Source of the DNA: an uncultured delta proteobacterium
GTDB taxonomy: Bacteria; Myxococcota_A; Polyangia; Polyangiales; Polyangiaceae
Direction of reading: 5' to 3'
Assembly (NCBI GenBank): GCA_963696385.1
Contig: CAVOKF010000004.1
Span: 640,001 to 704,000, forward strand
Length of the DNA: 64,000 bases
The position numbers and the translations under genes were made by a program. Under the pieces are notes generated by a model that searched no databases, was not told where the DNA came from, and was given only the letters and a program-made list of their open reading frames with translations. Shown piece after piece: positions 63,667-64,000 of this stretch (position 1 is its first letter; each line of letters starts with the position of its first letter).

Positions 63667-63999
63667 CGAAAGCGCGCGGGTGTGGGCGTCGAACGACGGC
63701 AGAACTTCGACGTGCGGCCTTAGGCTGCCCCGGGTCGCTGATTCGCGCAGCTTTGGGTCCGGATGCTGGGGTTCGCCCGCCACCAGCCAGACACCCGTCG
63801 CTGCGGCGGCGGTGCCGACCGCCCCGAAGACCCAGCCGAGCGTGGACGCCGTCTTGGCGTTCCGGTTTCTTCGACAAGCGTCCACCGCCGATGCATTGAC
63901 GGGTTCGTCGCATACGTCCGTTACGGAGCGCGGCACGTTTTGGCGGTCCAGATCGCTGCTATTTTTGTCGTTGACCCAGCCGGCCGCCTCGACCGCTGC
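63649..63999 (-). CDS. C-terminal part of a hypothetical exported/outer-membrane protein (start outside window)
   Basis: Frame open to the window edge, with a Cys pair, a Gly/Ala-rich hydrophobic helix and a terminal ALSLRLTF beta-strand ending in Phe. Confidence 0.6.
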   Translation of the reverse strand, partial: AAVEAAGWVNDKNSSDLDRQNVPRSVTDVCDEPVNASAVDACRRNRNAKTASTLGWVFGAVGTAAAATGVWLVAGEPQHPDPKLRESATRGSLRPHVEVLPSFDAHTRALSLRLTF

Positions 64000-64000
64000 C

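Overview
High-GC chromosomal window from a myxobacterium, most likely Polyangiales/Polyangiaceae judging from 16S motifs and gene content (not database-checked). The core backbone contains ftsK, pepA, ttcA, a complete rRNA operon (16S-tRNA-Ile-tRNA-Ala-23S-5S), tRNA-Arg(ACG) followed by tadA, apbE, CIRCE-controlled groES-groEL, recD2, rplU-rpmA and dapA-dapB. A ~20.6 kb cell-envelope glycosylation island (22.8-43.4 kb) carries rmlABCD, an NDP-sugar C-methyltransferase, two further SAM methyltransferases, a B12-dependent radical SAM enzyme, two DPM1-like GT2s and five polytopic GT-C-like proteins, with no recognisable Wzx/Wzy/ABC exporter. The best candidates for undescribed biology are: (1) this methylated/branched deoxysugar plus GT-C island; (2) a catalytically dead, C-terminally truncated GAF-EI(Ntr) protein; (3) a 37-aa histone-H1-like Lys/Ala peptide with its own ribosome-binding site; (4) an uncharacterised gene pair sharing a CIRCE-containing region with groESL; and (5) an orphan sigma54 promoter with small ORFs. 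Two frameshifts (M20 hydrolase, recD2) share one signature and look like assembly errors. I saw no CRISPR array, transposase or integrase.
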